From an uncultured Solirubrobacterales bacterium (lineage in GTDB: Bacteria; Actinomycetota; Thermoleophilia; Solirubrobacterales; 70-9): a DNA stretch of 64,000 bases. The position numbers and the translations under genes are program-made. The stretch is taken from contig CAVZRL010000003.1 in NCBI GenBank assembly GCA_963777775.1, forward strand, positions 28,751 to 92,750, in the 5' to 3' direction. Below, one piece after another: positions 18,426-26,610 of this stretch. Each line of letters starts with the position of its first letter. The stretch's first letter is position 1. The notes under the pieces were generated by a model, which saw only the letters and a list, made by a program, of their open reading frames with translations, was not told where the DNA came from and searched no databases.

Positions 18426-19148
18426 ATGGAGCGGCCACGCACCTACCGACCCTCGCCGGCGCTGATCGTGGCGCTCGTCGCCCTGGTTGCCGCGATGTCG
18501 GGAGCCGCTACCGCGCTGCCGGGCAAGAGCACGGTCGGCTCGGCCGACCTGAAGCGAAACGCGGTCCGATCGAAGCACATCCAGGGCAAGGCCGTGCACG
18601 GATCCGACGTCGAGAACGACGCGCTGAAGGGCAAGCAGGTGTTCGAGGAGAAGCTCGGGGCGGTGCCCGAGGCCGAGAGCGTGCAGAGCGTGCGCCCGTT
18701 CGGCGACTCCTTCGAGCGCGCCGCGGCGTCCGATGGGCCCGACGCCGCCAGCGCCCGGGCGAGCGCTCCGAAACTGCCGCTGGCGAGCGCGGGCCAGCTC
18801 ACCGTCTATGCGAAGTGCTTCCACAGCACCGACGACGACACCGTCTTCGCCCGGGTCTACATCGAGACCAGTGCCGACGGCGCCGTGTTCGAGGGCGGGA
18901 CCGATCAACTCGAAGGCAGCGGCGGCTTCCTCGACGTGGCGACCCCCGAGAGCGACCGCGAGCTGCTTGCGACCACCACCACCGCCGACGCCTCCGTGCT
19001 CGACATCGGGCGCTGGTACGCGATGGCGCCCGACGGCACCGGTGTCGGCGGCACGGTCGCGGCCGCCGCGAAGAACGGCACCGTCGACGGCGACGGGGTC
19101 TTCGGCGACGGCAGCGTCTGCCTGTTCGGCGGCGAGGCGGTCGGCTGA
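18426..19148 (+). CDS. Secreted/anchored hypothetical protein, paralog family member 1
   Basis: ATG 18426. The N-terminus, RPSPALIVALVALVAAMSGAATA, resembles the signal peptides of the CDSs at 20391 and 21256. A Lys-rich stretch and a 2-Cys C-terminal domain follow. Confidence 0.7.
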   Translation: MERPRTYRPSPALIVALVALVAAMSGAATALPGKSTVGSADLKRNAVRSKHIQGKAVHGSDVENDALKGKQVFEEKLGAVPEAESVQSVRPFGDSFERAAASDGPDAASARASAPKLPLASAGQLTVYAKCFHSTDDDTVFARVYIETSADGAVFEGGTDQLEGSGGFLDVATPESDRELLATTTTADASVLDIGRWYAMAPDGTGVGGTVAAAAKNGTVDGDGVFGDGSVCLFGGEAVG

Positions 19149-19169
19149 GCGGCAGCTAGCCTCCGCGGC

Positions 19170-20270
19170 GTGGACGCCACCGCGGCGCTCAGGCGAACGC
19201 CCCTTCATCAGGCGCACGTCGAGGCGGGCGCCCGCCTGGTCGAGTTCGCGGGCTGGGAGATGCCGGTCCAGTACACGGGGGTGCGCGACGAACATCTCGC
19301 TGTGCGCTCGGGGTGCGGGGTCTTCGACGTCTCCCACATGGGCGAGATCGAGACCGCCGGGCCCGGCGCCGGCGAGCTGCTCCAGCGGCTGCTCTCCAAC
19401 GACCTCGCCGGGCTCGAGGTGGGCGGGGCGCAGTACTCGCTGCTCTGCCGCGAGGACGGCGGGGTGCTCGACGACCTGTTCACCTACCGGCTCGGTCCCG
19501 AGCGATACCTGACCGTCACCAACGCCGCCAACCACGAGCGGGACCTGGCCTGGTTTCGTGAGCACGCCGGCGGCTTCGACGCCGAGGTGACCGACCGGCT
19601 CGCCGACTACGCGATGCTCGCCGTCCAGGGGCCGCGGGCGCGCGCGATCGTCGCCGGCCTGTTCGCGGGCGAGCTGCCGGCGCGGATGCGCGCCGCGACC
19701 GTGCCGGGACGGGACTGGGCGAAGGGCACCGAGGCGCTCGTCTGCGGGACCGGCTACACCGGCGAGGAGGGGGTCGAGATCCTCGTCGAGCCCGGGCGCG
19801 CCGCAGCGCTGTGGGACGGGTTGCTGGAAGCGGGCGCCGTCCCCGCCGGGCTCGCGGCTCGCGACACCCTGCGGCTCGAGGCCTGCTTCTGCCTCTACGG
19901 CAACGAGCTTGCGACCGACCGCAACCCGATCGAGGCCGGGCTCGGCTGGGCGTGCGCCGAGCGGACCGGCTTCATCGGCTCGGACGCCGTCGCGGCCGCG
20001 CGGGCCGACGGCACCGCCGAGCGGCTCGCCGCGTTCGCGCTCACCGAGCGCGGGATCCCGCGCCAGGGTAACCCGGTGCTGGCCGCCGGCGAGCCGGCGG
20101 GCGAAGTGACCAGCGGCACCTTCTCGCCCTCGCTCGAGCGCGGGATCGGGATGGCCTACCTGCGCGCCGAGCTCGCCGAGCCCGGTACCGAGGTCGAGAT
20201 CGACGTGCGTGGAAGGCGGCGCGCGGGCCGGATCGAGCGGCGCCCGCTGCTCGATCTGACCGACAGCTGA
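19170..20270 (+). CDS. gcvT: Glycine cleavage system aminomethyltransferase (T protein)
   Basis: GWEMPVQY, FDVSHMG and ARDTLRLEA motifs. Confidence 0.93.
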   Translation: MDATAALRRTPLHQAHVEAGARLVEFAGWEMPVQYTGVRDEHLAVRSGCGVFDVSHMGEIETAGPGAGELLQRLLSNDLAGLEVGGAQYSLLCREDGGVLDDLFTYRLGPERYLTVTNAANHERDLAWFREHAGGFDAEVTDRLADYAMLAVQGPRARAIVAGLFAGELPARMRAATVPGRDWAKGTEALVCGTGYTGEEGVEILVEPGRAAALWDGLLEAGAVPAGLAARDTLRLEACFCLYGNELATDRNPIEAGLGWACAERTGFIGSDAVAAARADGTAERLAAFALTERGIPRQGNPVLAAGEPAGEVTSGTFSPSLERGIGMAYLRAELAEPGTEVEIDVRGRRRAGRIERRPLLDLTDS

Positions 20271-20323
20271 CGCCGAGGCGTCGCCCGCATGCGCCGCGGA
20301 TTCCCGCAATTTCCGTGGTTTAC

Positions 20324-20352
20324 TTGACAGCCCGCCCTCAGTCGGAGAGGGT
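20324..20352 (+). promoter_or_regulatory. Candidate promoter of cassette 1 (TTGACA-N17-GAGGGT), conserved with the 21184 copy
   Basis: TTGACAG...GAGAGGGTG is found at identical spacing upstream of both paralogs, and AATTTCC lies 11-14 nt upstream of each -35. Confidence 0.4.
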
Positions 20353-20377
20353 GCTCGCACCCACTACTGAGTCGAAC

Positions 20378-20560
20378 GGAGGGGTATCGGATGAAGTTGT
20401 CCAAGGTATCGCGCCCGTCGCCCGCCCTGGTGCTGGCGGCGCTGGCGCTGGTATTCGCGATGGTCGGCACCGCAATTGCCGGCCCGGACGCGATCAGCAA
20501 CAAGATCACCAAGCCGAAGGTGAAGAAGATCTCGAAGAAGCAGGCCAACAAGGTGCTCGA
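20378..20560 (+). repeat. Duplicated 5' module, copy A (RBS + signal peptide + Lys-rich segment)
   Basis: By hand alignment with 21243-21425 there are 2 mismatches in the first 123 nt of the CDS and about 8 in 170 nt. Similarity then ends abruptly. Confidence 0.85.
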
Positions 20561-21062
20561 TCAGCGCGAGTCGAGCCTGGACGTCAACAGCGCGGCCACG
20601 CTGGACGGCTTTACCGCCGAGGACCTGGTTCGTTCTGCCTTCGCGCAGGACGACGACAACGCACGAGTTGGTCCGATCGGGCCTGGGCCGATCCTGACGA
20701 CGACGATTGACGCACCGTCCAACGGTTACCTGCTGATCAACGCGGGCTCCGACGTCTTCGGCGATCCGTCCTTCGGGACCTGCGCGATCTCCGTCGACGG
20801 CAGCGACATATTTTCGTCGTTCCGCACCTGGGAGCTCGGGGTCGAAAACGAGGAGGAGGACTGCACCACCGAGACGACCGTCCCGGTCTCAGCGGGGACT
20901 CGCACCGTGGTCTTTGAGGACGTGGACGGCATCCCTGTTGATGTTCAGTACGACGAGGCGGAGCTGCAGGTCCTGTTCGTGCCGTTCGGAGCCACCGGAG
21001 CCCAGCCCACCCGCGGGGCGAGCGCGGACGGTGGGGACGGTGACACGGGCACAGGCAACTGA
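20391..21062 (+). CDS. Secreted hypothetical protein, paralog family member 2
   Basis: GGAGGGG RBS. Sec-type signal MKLSKVSRPSPALVLAALALVFAMVGTAIA|GP. The C-terminal domain is variable and contains 2 Cys. Confidence 0.8.
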   Translation: MKLSKVSRPSPALVLAALALVFAMVGTAIAGPDAISNKITKPKVKKISKKQANKVLDQRESSLDVNSAATLDGFTAEDLVRSAFAQDDDNARVGPIGPGPILTTTIDAPSNGYLLINAGSDVFGDPSFGTCAISVDGSDIFSSFRTWELGVENEEEDCTTETTVPVSAGTRTVVFEDVDGIPVDVQYDEAELQVLFVPFGATGAQPTRGASADGGDGDTGTGN

Positions 21063-21086
21063 GCCGGCCTGATAGCGATTGACAAC

Positions 21087-21118
21087 CGGAGTGCGGGGGC
21101 GGGCCCCCGCACTCCGGT
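21087..21118 (+). terminator. GC-rich perfect hairpin after cassette 1 (14-bp stem, CGGG loop), with no U-tract
   Basis: CCGGAGTGCGGGGG (21087-21100) / CCCCCGCACTCCGG (21105-21118), 25 nt after the stop codon. Confidence 0.55.
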
Positions 21119-21183
21119 CGACGCTGCCGGCGCTGAGGCGGCAGTCCAGGCCCGCCTGATCCGGAATTTCCATTTCGTTGCGC

Positions 21184-21212
21184 TTGACAGCCGTGTGTCC
21201 ACCCGAGAGGGT
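21184..21212 (+). promoter_or_regulatory. Candidate promoter of cassette 2 (TTGACA-N17-GAGGGT)
   Basis: Same architecture as at 20324-20352. Confidence 0.4.
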
Positions 21213-21242
21213 GGCCTGACCCAGCCCACCTACCCCATGATC

Positions 21243-21425
21243 GGAGGGGAATCGGATGAAGTTGTCCAAGGCATCGCGCCCGTCGCCCGCCCTGGTGCTG
21301 GCCGCGCTGGCGCTGGTATTCGCGATGGTCGGCACCGCAATTGCCGGCCCGGACGCGATCAGCAACAAGATCACCAAGTCGAAGGTGAAGAACATCTCCA
21401 AGAAGCAGGCGAACAAGGCGATCGA
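21243..21425 (+). repeat. Duplicated 5' module, copy B
   Basis: See copy A at 20378-20560. Confidence 0.85.
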
Positions 21426-21789
21426 CAAGGCCGCCCCGGGTCTCTCGGTCGCGGCGGCGGCGGAGGCCGAGGCGGCGGACGTGGTCGGCCTGTACGCGCA
21501 CGTTGGTCCCACCGGGACCGTCACCGACGCGCTCTCCAGCGGGATCACCTCTGCCAACGTCAGCCATCCCGAGCCCGGGGTCTACTGTTTCTCAGGTCTC
21601 GACCGGACGTTGCACACGATCGACGGCACAGTTGACTCCGCCGACGGTCCCGGCGTCGTTGAGGCGAGCGTCGTCCCGGCGGGGTTCGTCGCCTGCCCAC
21701 CGACAGCCCAAGCCGAGCTGGTCACGTTCACGCCCGACACGATCGAGTTCACCGACTACGGCGGGGGTTTCTACGTTCGGATCTACTAG
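21256..21789 (+). CDS. Secreted hypothetical protein, paralog family member 3
   Basis: The signal peptide and the first ~55 aa are nearly identical to the 20391 CDS. The C-terminal domain is unrelated and contains 2 Cys. Confidence 0.8.
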   Translation: MKLSKASRPSPALVLAALALVFAMVGTAIAGPDAISNKITKSKVKNISKKQANKAIDKAAPGLSVAAAAEAEAADVVGLYAHVGPTGTVTDALSSGITSANVSHPEPGVYCFSGLDRTLHTIDGTVDSADGPGVVEASVVPAGFVACPPTAQAELVTFTPDTIEFTDYGGGFYVRIY

Positions 21790-21810
21790 ATCGACGAGGC
21801 GGCAAGCAGC

Positions 21811-21843
21811 ACGAACGCGGCGGCGGGTAGCCGCCGCGTTCGT
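21811..21843 (+). terminator. Perfect 14-bp hairpin after cassette 2
   Basis: ACGAACGCGGCGGC (21811-21824), loop GGGTA, GCCGCCGCGTTCGT (21830-21843), followed by GTCGGTCGTTGTG. Confidence 0.55.
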
Positions 21844-22213
21844 GTCGGTCGTTGTGCTGGCCGGTTGCGGTGGCGATTCGGCCTCGACGCCGGAGAGCGC
21901 GACGACCAGTCAGGCGGCGGGCAGTGGCGGCCGCGATGCCGAGCGGGGAAGTGATCCACCGAGCGAGCCCGTTCCGTCGCAGGCGACGACCGACCCGGCG
22001 ACTGTCCCGGCTGCGGTGGTCGGGCAAGGTCAGGCCCGCGAGACCGGTGAGACCGATCGTGAGGCCCGCGGCGGCCCGAGTGATCAGCAGGCGGGTTCGA
22101 ACGACCGCAGTTGGGGCGGGTCCGGGTCGGAGGGTCCGCTGTCGAGTGGTGGCGGGAGCCAGGCACCATGGCCCGCGCGGGAGCCCGGCGGCGGGACGTC
22201 GGCCTGGCCTTAG
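21842..22213 (+). CDS. Possible small low-complexity lipoprotein (doubtful)
   Basis: Lipobox LAGC follows VSVVV. The only canonical start (GTG 21842) leaves a signal peptide with no charged n-region. The rest is Gly/Ser/Pro-rich and looks disordered. Confidence 0.25.
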   Translation: MSVVVLAGCGGDSASTPESATTSQAAGSGGRDAERGSDPPSEPVPSQATTDPATVPAAVVGQGQARETGETDREARGGPSDQQAGSNDRSWGGSGSEGPLSSGGGSQAPWPAREPGGGTSAWP

Positions 22214-22249
22214 CCGGCTCCACCAGTCCCTTGCTGTAGAAACTCGCTG

Positions 22250-22642
22250 ATGGCCGCAGAGGAGAGCTACCCCGACGACCTGCGGTACCACCCCGAGCAC
22301 GACTGGGCGCGGGTTGAGGGCGAGCAGGCGACGCTCGGGATCACCTGGTACGCGCAGGACTCGCTCGGTGAGGTCGTCTTCTTCGACCCGCCCGAGATCG
22401 GGAGGCAGCTCACCAAGGATGATCCCTACGCCGAGGTCGAGTCGGTGAAGGCGGTCTCGGACGTGATCGCGCCGCTCTCGGGCGAGGTGGTCGCGGTCAA
22501 CGAGGCGCTCGCCGACAGCCCCGAGCGGATCAACGAGGACCCCTATGGCGAGGGCTGGCTGGTCAAGGTCCGGCTCGCTGCCCCGGCCGAGGTCGAGTCG
22601 CTGCTCGACGTCGGCGCCTACCGCGAGCTGCTCTCCGGCTGA
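22250..22642 (+). CDS. gcvH: Glycine cleavage system H protein
   Basis: Lipoyl-lysine motif EVESVKAVSDV. 130 aa. Confidence 0.95.
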   Translation: MAAEESYPDDLRYHPEHDWARVEGEQATLGITWYAQDSLGEVVFFDPPEIGRQLTKDDPYAEVESVKAVSDVIAPLSGEVVAVNEALADSPERINEDPYGEGWLVKVRLAAPAEVESLLDVGAYRELLSG

Positions 22643-22678
22643 GCGGCGCGCGCCGCGCCCCTCGCTAGCCTCAGGCGG

Positions 22679-24106
22679 GTGAGCCGCTACACCTCAGCGA
22701 CCGACGCCGACCGCGCCGCGATGCTGGAGGCGATCGGCGTTTCCTCGGTCGACGAGCTGTTCGCCGAGATCCCCCCGGAGCTGCGGCTCGAGCACCCCCT
22801 CGACCTGCCCGCCGGTGAGAGCGAGTCGGAGGTCTTCGACCGGCTCGCCGCCCTGGCGCGGCGAAACGCCGACTCCGACTCCGAGCTCTGCTTCATCGGC
22901 GCTGGCATGTACGACCACTACGCGCCGGCGCTGATCGACGCGATCGTCTCGCGCTCGGAGTTCCTCACTCCCTATACGCCGTATCAGCCGGAGGTCTCGC
23001 AGGGCGGGCTGCAGGCGATGTTCGAGTTCCAGACCGCGATCTCGGAGCTGACCGCGCTCCCGGTCGCCAACGCCTCGATGTACGAAGGCCCCTCCTCGGT
23101 GGCTTCCGCCGCCTACCTGGCGCTCGGGGCCGGCAAGGGGCGCCGGCGCCTGGTTGTCTCGCGCGGCCTTCACCCGCACGCGCGCGAGGCGCTCGTCACC
23201 TACTCGCGCGGCTTCGACGCCGAGGTGGTCGAGGTTGGCCTCGCCGACGGGCGCACGGACGCCGGCGAGCTCGCGGCGGCGCTCGACGATCGGACCGCGG
23301 CGGTGTTCGTCGCCAACCCGAACTTCCTCGGCGCGATCGAGGACCTCGCGGCGCTCGCCGACGCCGCCCACGGCGCCGGTGCACTCTGCGTCGCCTCGGC
23401 CGACCCGATCACGCTCGGCGTCCTGCGTCCGCCCGGCGAGTGCGGGGTCGACGTCTGCGTCGGCGAGGGACAACCGCTCGGCGGCCGGCTCGACTTCGGC
23501 GGCCCCTCGTTCGGCTTCTTCGCCGCCACCGAGGAGCACCTGCGCAGGATGCCCGGCCGGATCGCCGGCGAGACCACCGACGCCGACGGCCGGCGCGGCT
23601 TCGTGCTCGCGCTTCAGACCCGCGAGCAGCACATCCGGCGGGAGAAGGCGACCCACAACATCTGCACCTCGCAGCAGCTCAACGCGCTCGCCGCGACCAT
23701 CTACCTCGCCTGGCTCGGCCGGGCGGGGATCGTCGAGCTCGGCGAGCTGCTGGTGCGCCGCACCGCCTACGCGCGCCGGCGGCTCGCGGCGCTCGAGGGG
23801 GTCGAGCTCCTGCACGAAGCCCCCGTCGCGCGCGAGTTCGCCGTCCGCCTCGACGCCCCCGTCGCGCAGGTGCTCGATCTGGTCAGCGAGGAGGGGATCG
23901 CCGCCGGCTATCCGCTCGGCCGCGAGTATCCCGAGTACCCCGACGGGCTCCTGGTCGCGATCACCGAGCGGCGCTCGCGGGCCGAGATCGACCGGCTCGC
24001 AGAGGCGCTCGCCCGCGCGATCGAAGCTGCGAATGGCGCAGAGGAATCGGATCGCGACAGGAAAGCGCCAGAGGCCGCTTCGCTCGGCGCCGAGGTGAGC
24101 GGATGA
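22679..24106 (+). CDS. gcvPA: Glycine dehydrogenase (aminomethyl-transferring) subunit 1
   Basis: Typical GcvPA N-terminus (YTSATDADRAAMLEAIGVSS), TPYQPEVSQGxLQ and REQHIRREKATHNICT. Confidence 0.95.
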   Translation: MSRYTSATDADRAAMLEAIGVSSVDELFAEIPPELRLEHPLDLPAGESESEVFDRLAALARRNADSDSELCFIGAGMYDHYAPALIDAIVSRSEFLTPYTPYQPEVSQGGLQAMFEFQTAISELTALPVANASMYEGPSSVASAAYLALGAGKGRRRLVVSRGLHPHAREALVTYSRGFDAEVVEVGLADGRTDAGELAAALDDRTAAVFVANPNFLGAIEDLAALADAAHGAGALCVASADPITLGVLRPPGECGVDVCVGEGQPLGGRLDFGGPSFGFFAATEEHLRRMPGRIAGETTDADGRRGFVLALQTREQHIRREKATHNICTSQQLNALAATIYLAWLGRAGIVELGELLVRRTAYARRRLAALEGVELLHEAPVAREFAVRLDAPVAQVLDLVSEEGIAAGYPLGREYPEYPDGLLVAITERRSRAEIDRLAEALARAIEAANGAEESDRDRKAPEAASLGAEVSG

Positions 24107-25656
24107 CCCGCCCGACCTCCCCGCCGCCGACCAGCGCCGCCGAGGAGACCCCGCAGCAGCGCGAGGCGGCGGTGACGATCTACGAGCGCTCGGTGCCCGG
24201 GCGGCGGGCGGCGACGCTGCCGGTCGCCGACGCCGGCGAGTTTGACGACGTCGCGCTCTCCGAGCTGGTCCCGGCTGAGCTGCTCCGCGAGCGGGCTCCG
24301 GCGCTGCCCGAGGTCTCAGAGCCCGAGATCGTCCGCCACTACACCCGCATCTCGCGCCGCAACTTCGACCTCGACACCGGGCCCTACCCGCTCGGCTCGT
24401 GCACGATGAAGCACAACCCGCGCCTCAACGAGCGGGTCGCGGCACTGCCGGGCCACGCCCGCCTTCATCCCGCCCAGGACCCCAAGCGCGCCCAGGGAGC
24501 GCTGGAGCTGATCTGGCTGCTCGAGCGCGCGCTGGCCGAGATCTGCGGCCTGCCCCAGGTCAGCCTCCAGCCCTCGGCCGGGTCGCACGGCGAGCTGGCG
24601 GGGCTGCTGCTGACCCGCGCGTATCACGCCGAGCGCGGCGAGACGCGCCACAAGGTCCTCACCCCCGACACCGCGCACGGGACCAACCCGGCGACGGTGA
24701 CGATGGCCGGCTATCAGGTGGTCAAGGTGGCCACCAACGAGCGCGGCGGCGTCGACCTCTCCGACCTGCGCGAGAAGGCGACCGACGACGTTGCCTCGCT
24801 GATGCTCACCAACCCGAACACGCTCGGGCTCTTCGACCCCGAGATCGACGAGATCGCCGAGATCGTGCACGCGGCCGGGGCCACCGTCTACTACGACGGC
24901 GCCAACCTGAACGCGATCATGGGCCACGCGCGCCCGGGTGACATGGGCTTCGACATCGTCCACCTCAACCTGCACAAGACCTTCTCCCAGCCGCACGGGG
25001 GAGGGGGCCCGGGGTCCGGGCCGATCGCCGTCTCGGACCGGATCGCGCCCTTCCTGCCGGTGCCACGGGTGGTCCGCAACGAGTCTGGAAACGGAGCCGG
25101 GCCGAGCTTCGACCTCGACTACGACCAGCCGCGCTCAATCGGTCGGCTGCGCGGCTTCCAGGGTAACTTCGGCGTCTTCGTCCGCACCTACGCCTACATC
25201 TCGAGCCTCGGGGCCGACGGGCTCGCCGAGGCCTCGGAGACCGCGGTCCTGAACGCCAACTACCTGCTCGCCAAGCTGCGCCAGGGCCGCGCCGCGCGTT
25301 ACCTGCCGCTCGGCTTCGAGCGCCTGCCGATGCACGAGTTCGTGCTCTCGGGCGCGCCGGCGAAGCGCGAGCTCGGTGTCCGCACCCTCGACATCGCCAA
25401 GCGGCTGCTCGACTACGGCTTTCACCCGCCGACCGTCTACTTCCCGCTGCTCGTCGAGGAGGCGCTGATGGTCGAGCCGACCGAGACCGAGACCCGCGAG
25501 TCGCTAGACGAGCTCGCCGAGGCCTTCGACCAGATCCTCGCCGAGGCCGAGGCCGACCCGCGGATCCTGCGCGAGGCGCCCTACACGACCCCGGTCCGGC
25601 GCCTCGATGAGGCAGCGGCCAGCCGCAGGCCGGTTATCCGCCAGCGGGCTTCCTGA
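24103..25656 (+). CDS. gcvPB: Glycine dehydrogenase (aminomethyl-transferring) subunit 2
   Basis: ATG 24103 overlaps the gcvPA stop (ATGA). PLP-lysine region HLNLHKTFSQPHGGGGPG. Confidence 0.95.
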   Translation: MTRPTSPPPTSAAEETPQQREAAVTIYERSVPGRRAATLPVADAGEFDDVALSELVPAELLRERAPALPEVSEPEIVRHYTRISRRNFDLDTGPYPLGSCTMKHNPRLNERVAALPGHARLHPAQDPKRAQGALELIWLLERALAEICGLPQVSLQPSAGSHGELAGLLLTRAYHAERGETRHKVLTPDTAHGTNPATVTMAGYQVVKVATNERGGVDLSDLREKATDDVASLMLTNPNTLGLFDPEIDEIAEIVHAAGATVYYDGANLNAIMGHARPGDMGFDIVHLNLHKTFSQPHGGGGPGSGPIAVSDRIAPFLPVPRVVRNESGNGAGPSFDLDYDQPRSIGRLRGFQGNFGVFVRTYAYISSLGADGLAEASETAVLNANYLLAKLRQGRAARYLPLGFERLPMHEFVLSGAPAKRELGVRTLDIAKRLLDYGFHPPTVYFPLLVEEALMVEPTETETRESLDELAEAFDQILAEAEADPRILREAPYTTPVRRLDEAAASRRPVIRQRAS

Positions 25657-25684
25657 CTCCGGCCCGAATCCTCTCGGCGGCGCC

Positions 25685-26569
25685 CTAGACGGCGGCGGGC
25701 GACTCCGGCAGCTCCTGCTCGAGGGTGAGCACCGGCGCGAACAGGTCGCCGTGCTCGGTGACGCGCTCGAGCACCTGTGAGGCCTCGAAGCGCACCGAAT
25801 CCGGCTTCCCGCCGTCGGCGAGCGCGGTGACCTCCTCCCAGCGCAACGGTGTCGAGGCCCAGGGACGCTCGCGACAGCGCAGCGAGTAGGCGGCGACGGT
25901 GGTCTTCGAATAGTCGTTCTGGCTCCAGTCGACCAGCACCTTGCCCTTGCGCAGCTCCTTCTTCTGGCGCGAGACGACGAGCTCGGGCTCGGCCCGCTCG
26001 AGCGCCTGGGCGACCGCGCGGGCGTAGGTCTTGGTCTGCTCGTAGGTGACCTCGGTGTTGAGCGGCACGTAGACCTGGATCCCCTTCGAGCCCGAGTGCT
26101 TGGCGAAGCACTTGAGCCCGAGCTCCCCGAACAGCCCGCGGAGGCGCAGCGCGATCACCGCGCACTCGACCGCGGTCGCCGGAGCGCCGGGGTCGAGGTC
26201 GAAGGCGATCACGGTCGGGCGCTCCGGGCGCTCGGCGAGGGACAGCGACGGATGCAGCTCGAGCGCCGCGAGCTGGGCGAGCCAGACCAGCGTCGCGCGG
26301 TCGTCGCAGACGATGAACTCGAGCACCCCTGCGGTCCCCATCTCGATCGGCGCCGTCCGCACCCAATCGGGAGTGTGGGAGGGGGCGCGCTTCTCGAAGA
26401 AGCGCTGTGACTCGACCCCGTCGGGGAACCTGACCCGGGTCAGCGGGCGGTCGCGGAGGTGGGGGAGGATCGTGTCCGCGATCCGGGCGTAGTAATCGAG
26501 CGCCTCGGCCTTGGTGAAGCCGGGCCGGCCGCCGCCGCCCCGACCGCCCCGCCGAGCCGGCCAGAGCAC
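25685..26569 (-). CDS. NHEJ polymerase/primase domain protein (LigD-Pol, AEP family); true start probably upstream of 26569
   Basis: FFEKRAP, LHPSLS, FDLDPG and SGSKGIQVYVPL motifs. The conserved LTNLDKVLWP segment begins upstream of the first canonical start codon. Confidence 0.85.
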   Translation of the reverse strand: MLWPARRGGRGGGGRPGFTKAEALDYYARIADTILPHLRDRPLTRVRFPDGVESQRFFEKRAPSHTPDWVRTAPIEMGTAGVLEFIVCDDRATLVWLAQLAALELHPSLSLAERPERPTVIAFDLDPGAPATAVECAVIALRLRGLFGELGLKCFAKHSGSKGIQVYVPLNTEVTYEQTKTYARAVAQALERAEPELVVSRQKKELRKGKVLVDWSQNDYSKTTVAAYSLRCRERPWASTPLRWEEVTALADGGKPDSVRFEASQVLERVTEHGDLFAPVLTLEQELPESPAAV

Positions 26570-26610
26570 CTTGTCGAGGTTGGTGAGCGCGATCTCGCGC
26601 CCGTCGACCT

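Noticed and set aside
20337-20390. A GGAGAG-containing stem-loop (CTCAGT...GGGTGC-TC-GCACCC...ACTGAG) and GGAGGGG lie between gcvT and gcvH and superficially recall a glycine riboswitch.
   Set aside because: The conserved ACCGAAGG(G/A)GCAA-type cores and the tandem aptamer layout are absent. GGAGGGG is simply the RBS of the secreted-protein gene. The paralogous copy at 21200-21255 keeps only the GAGAGGGTG box and the RBS.
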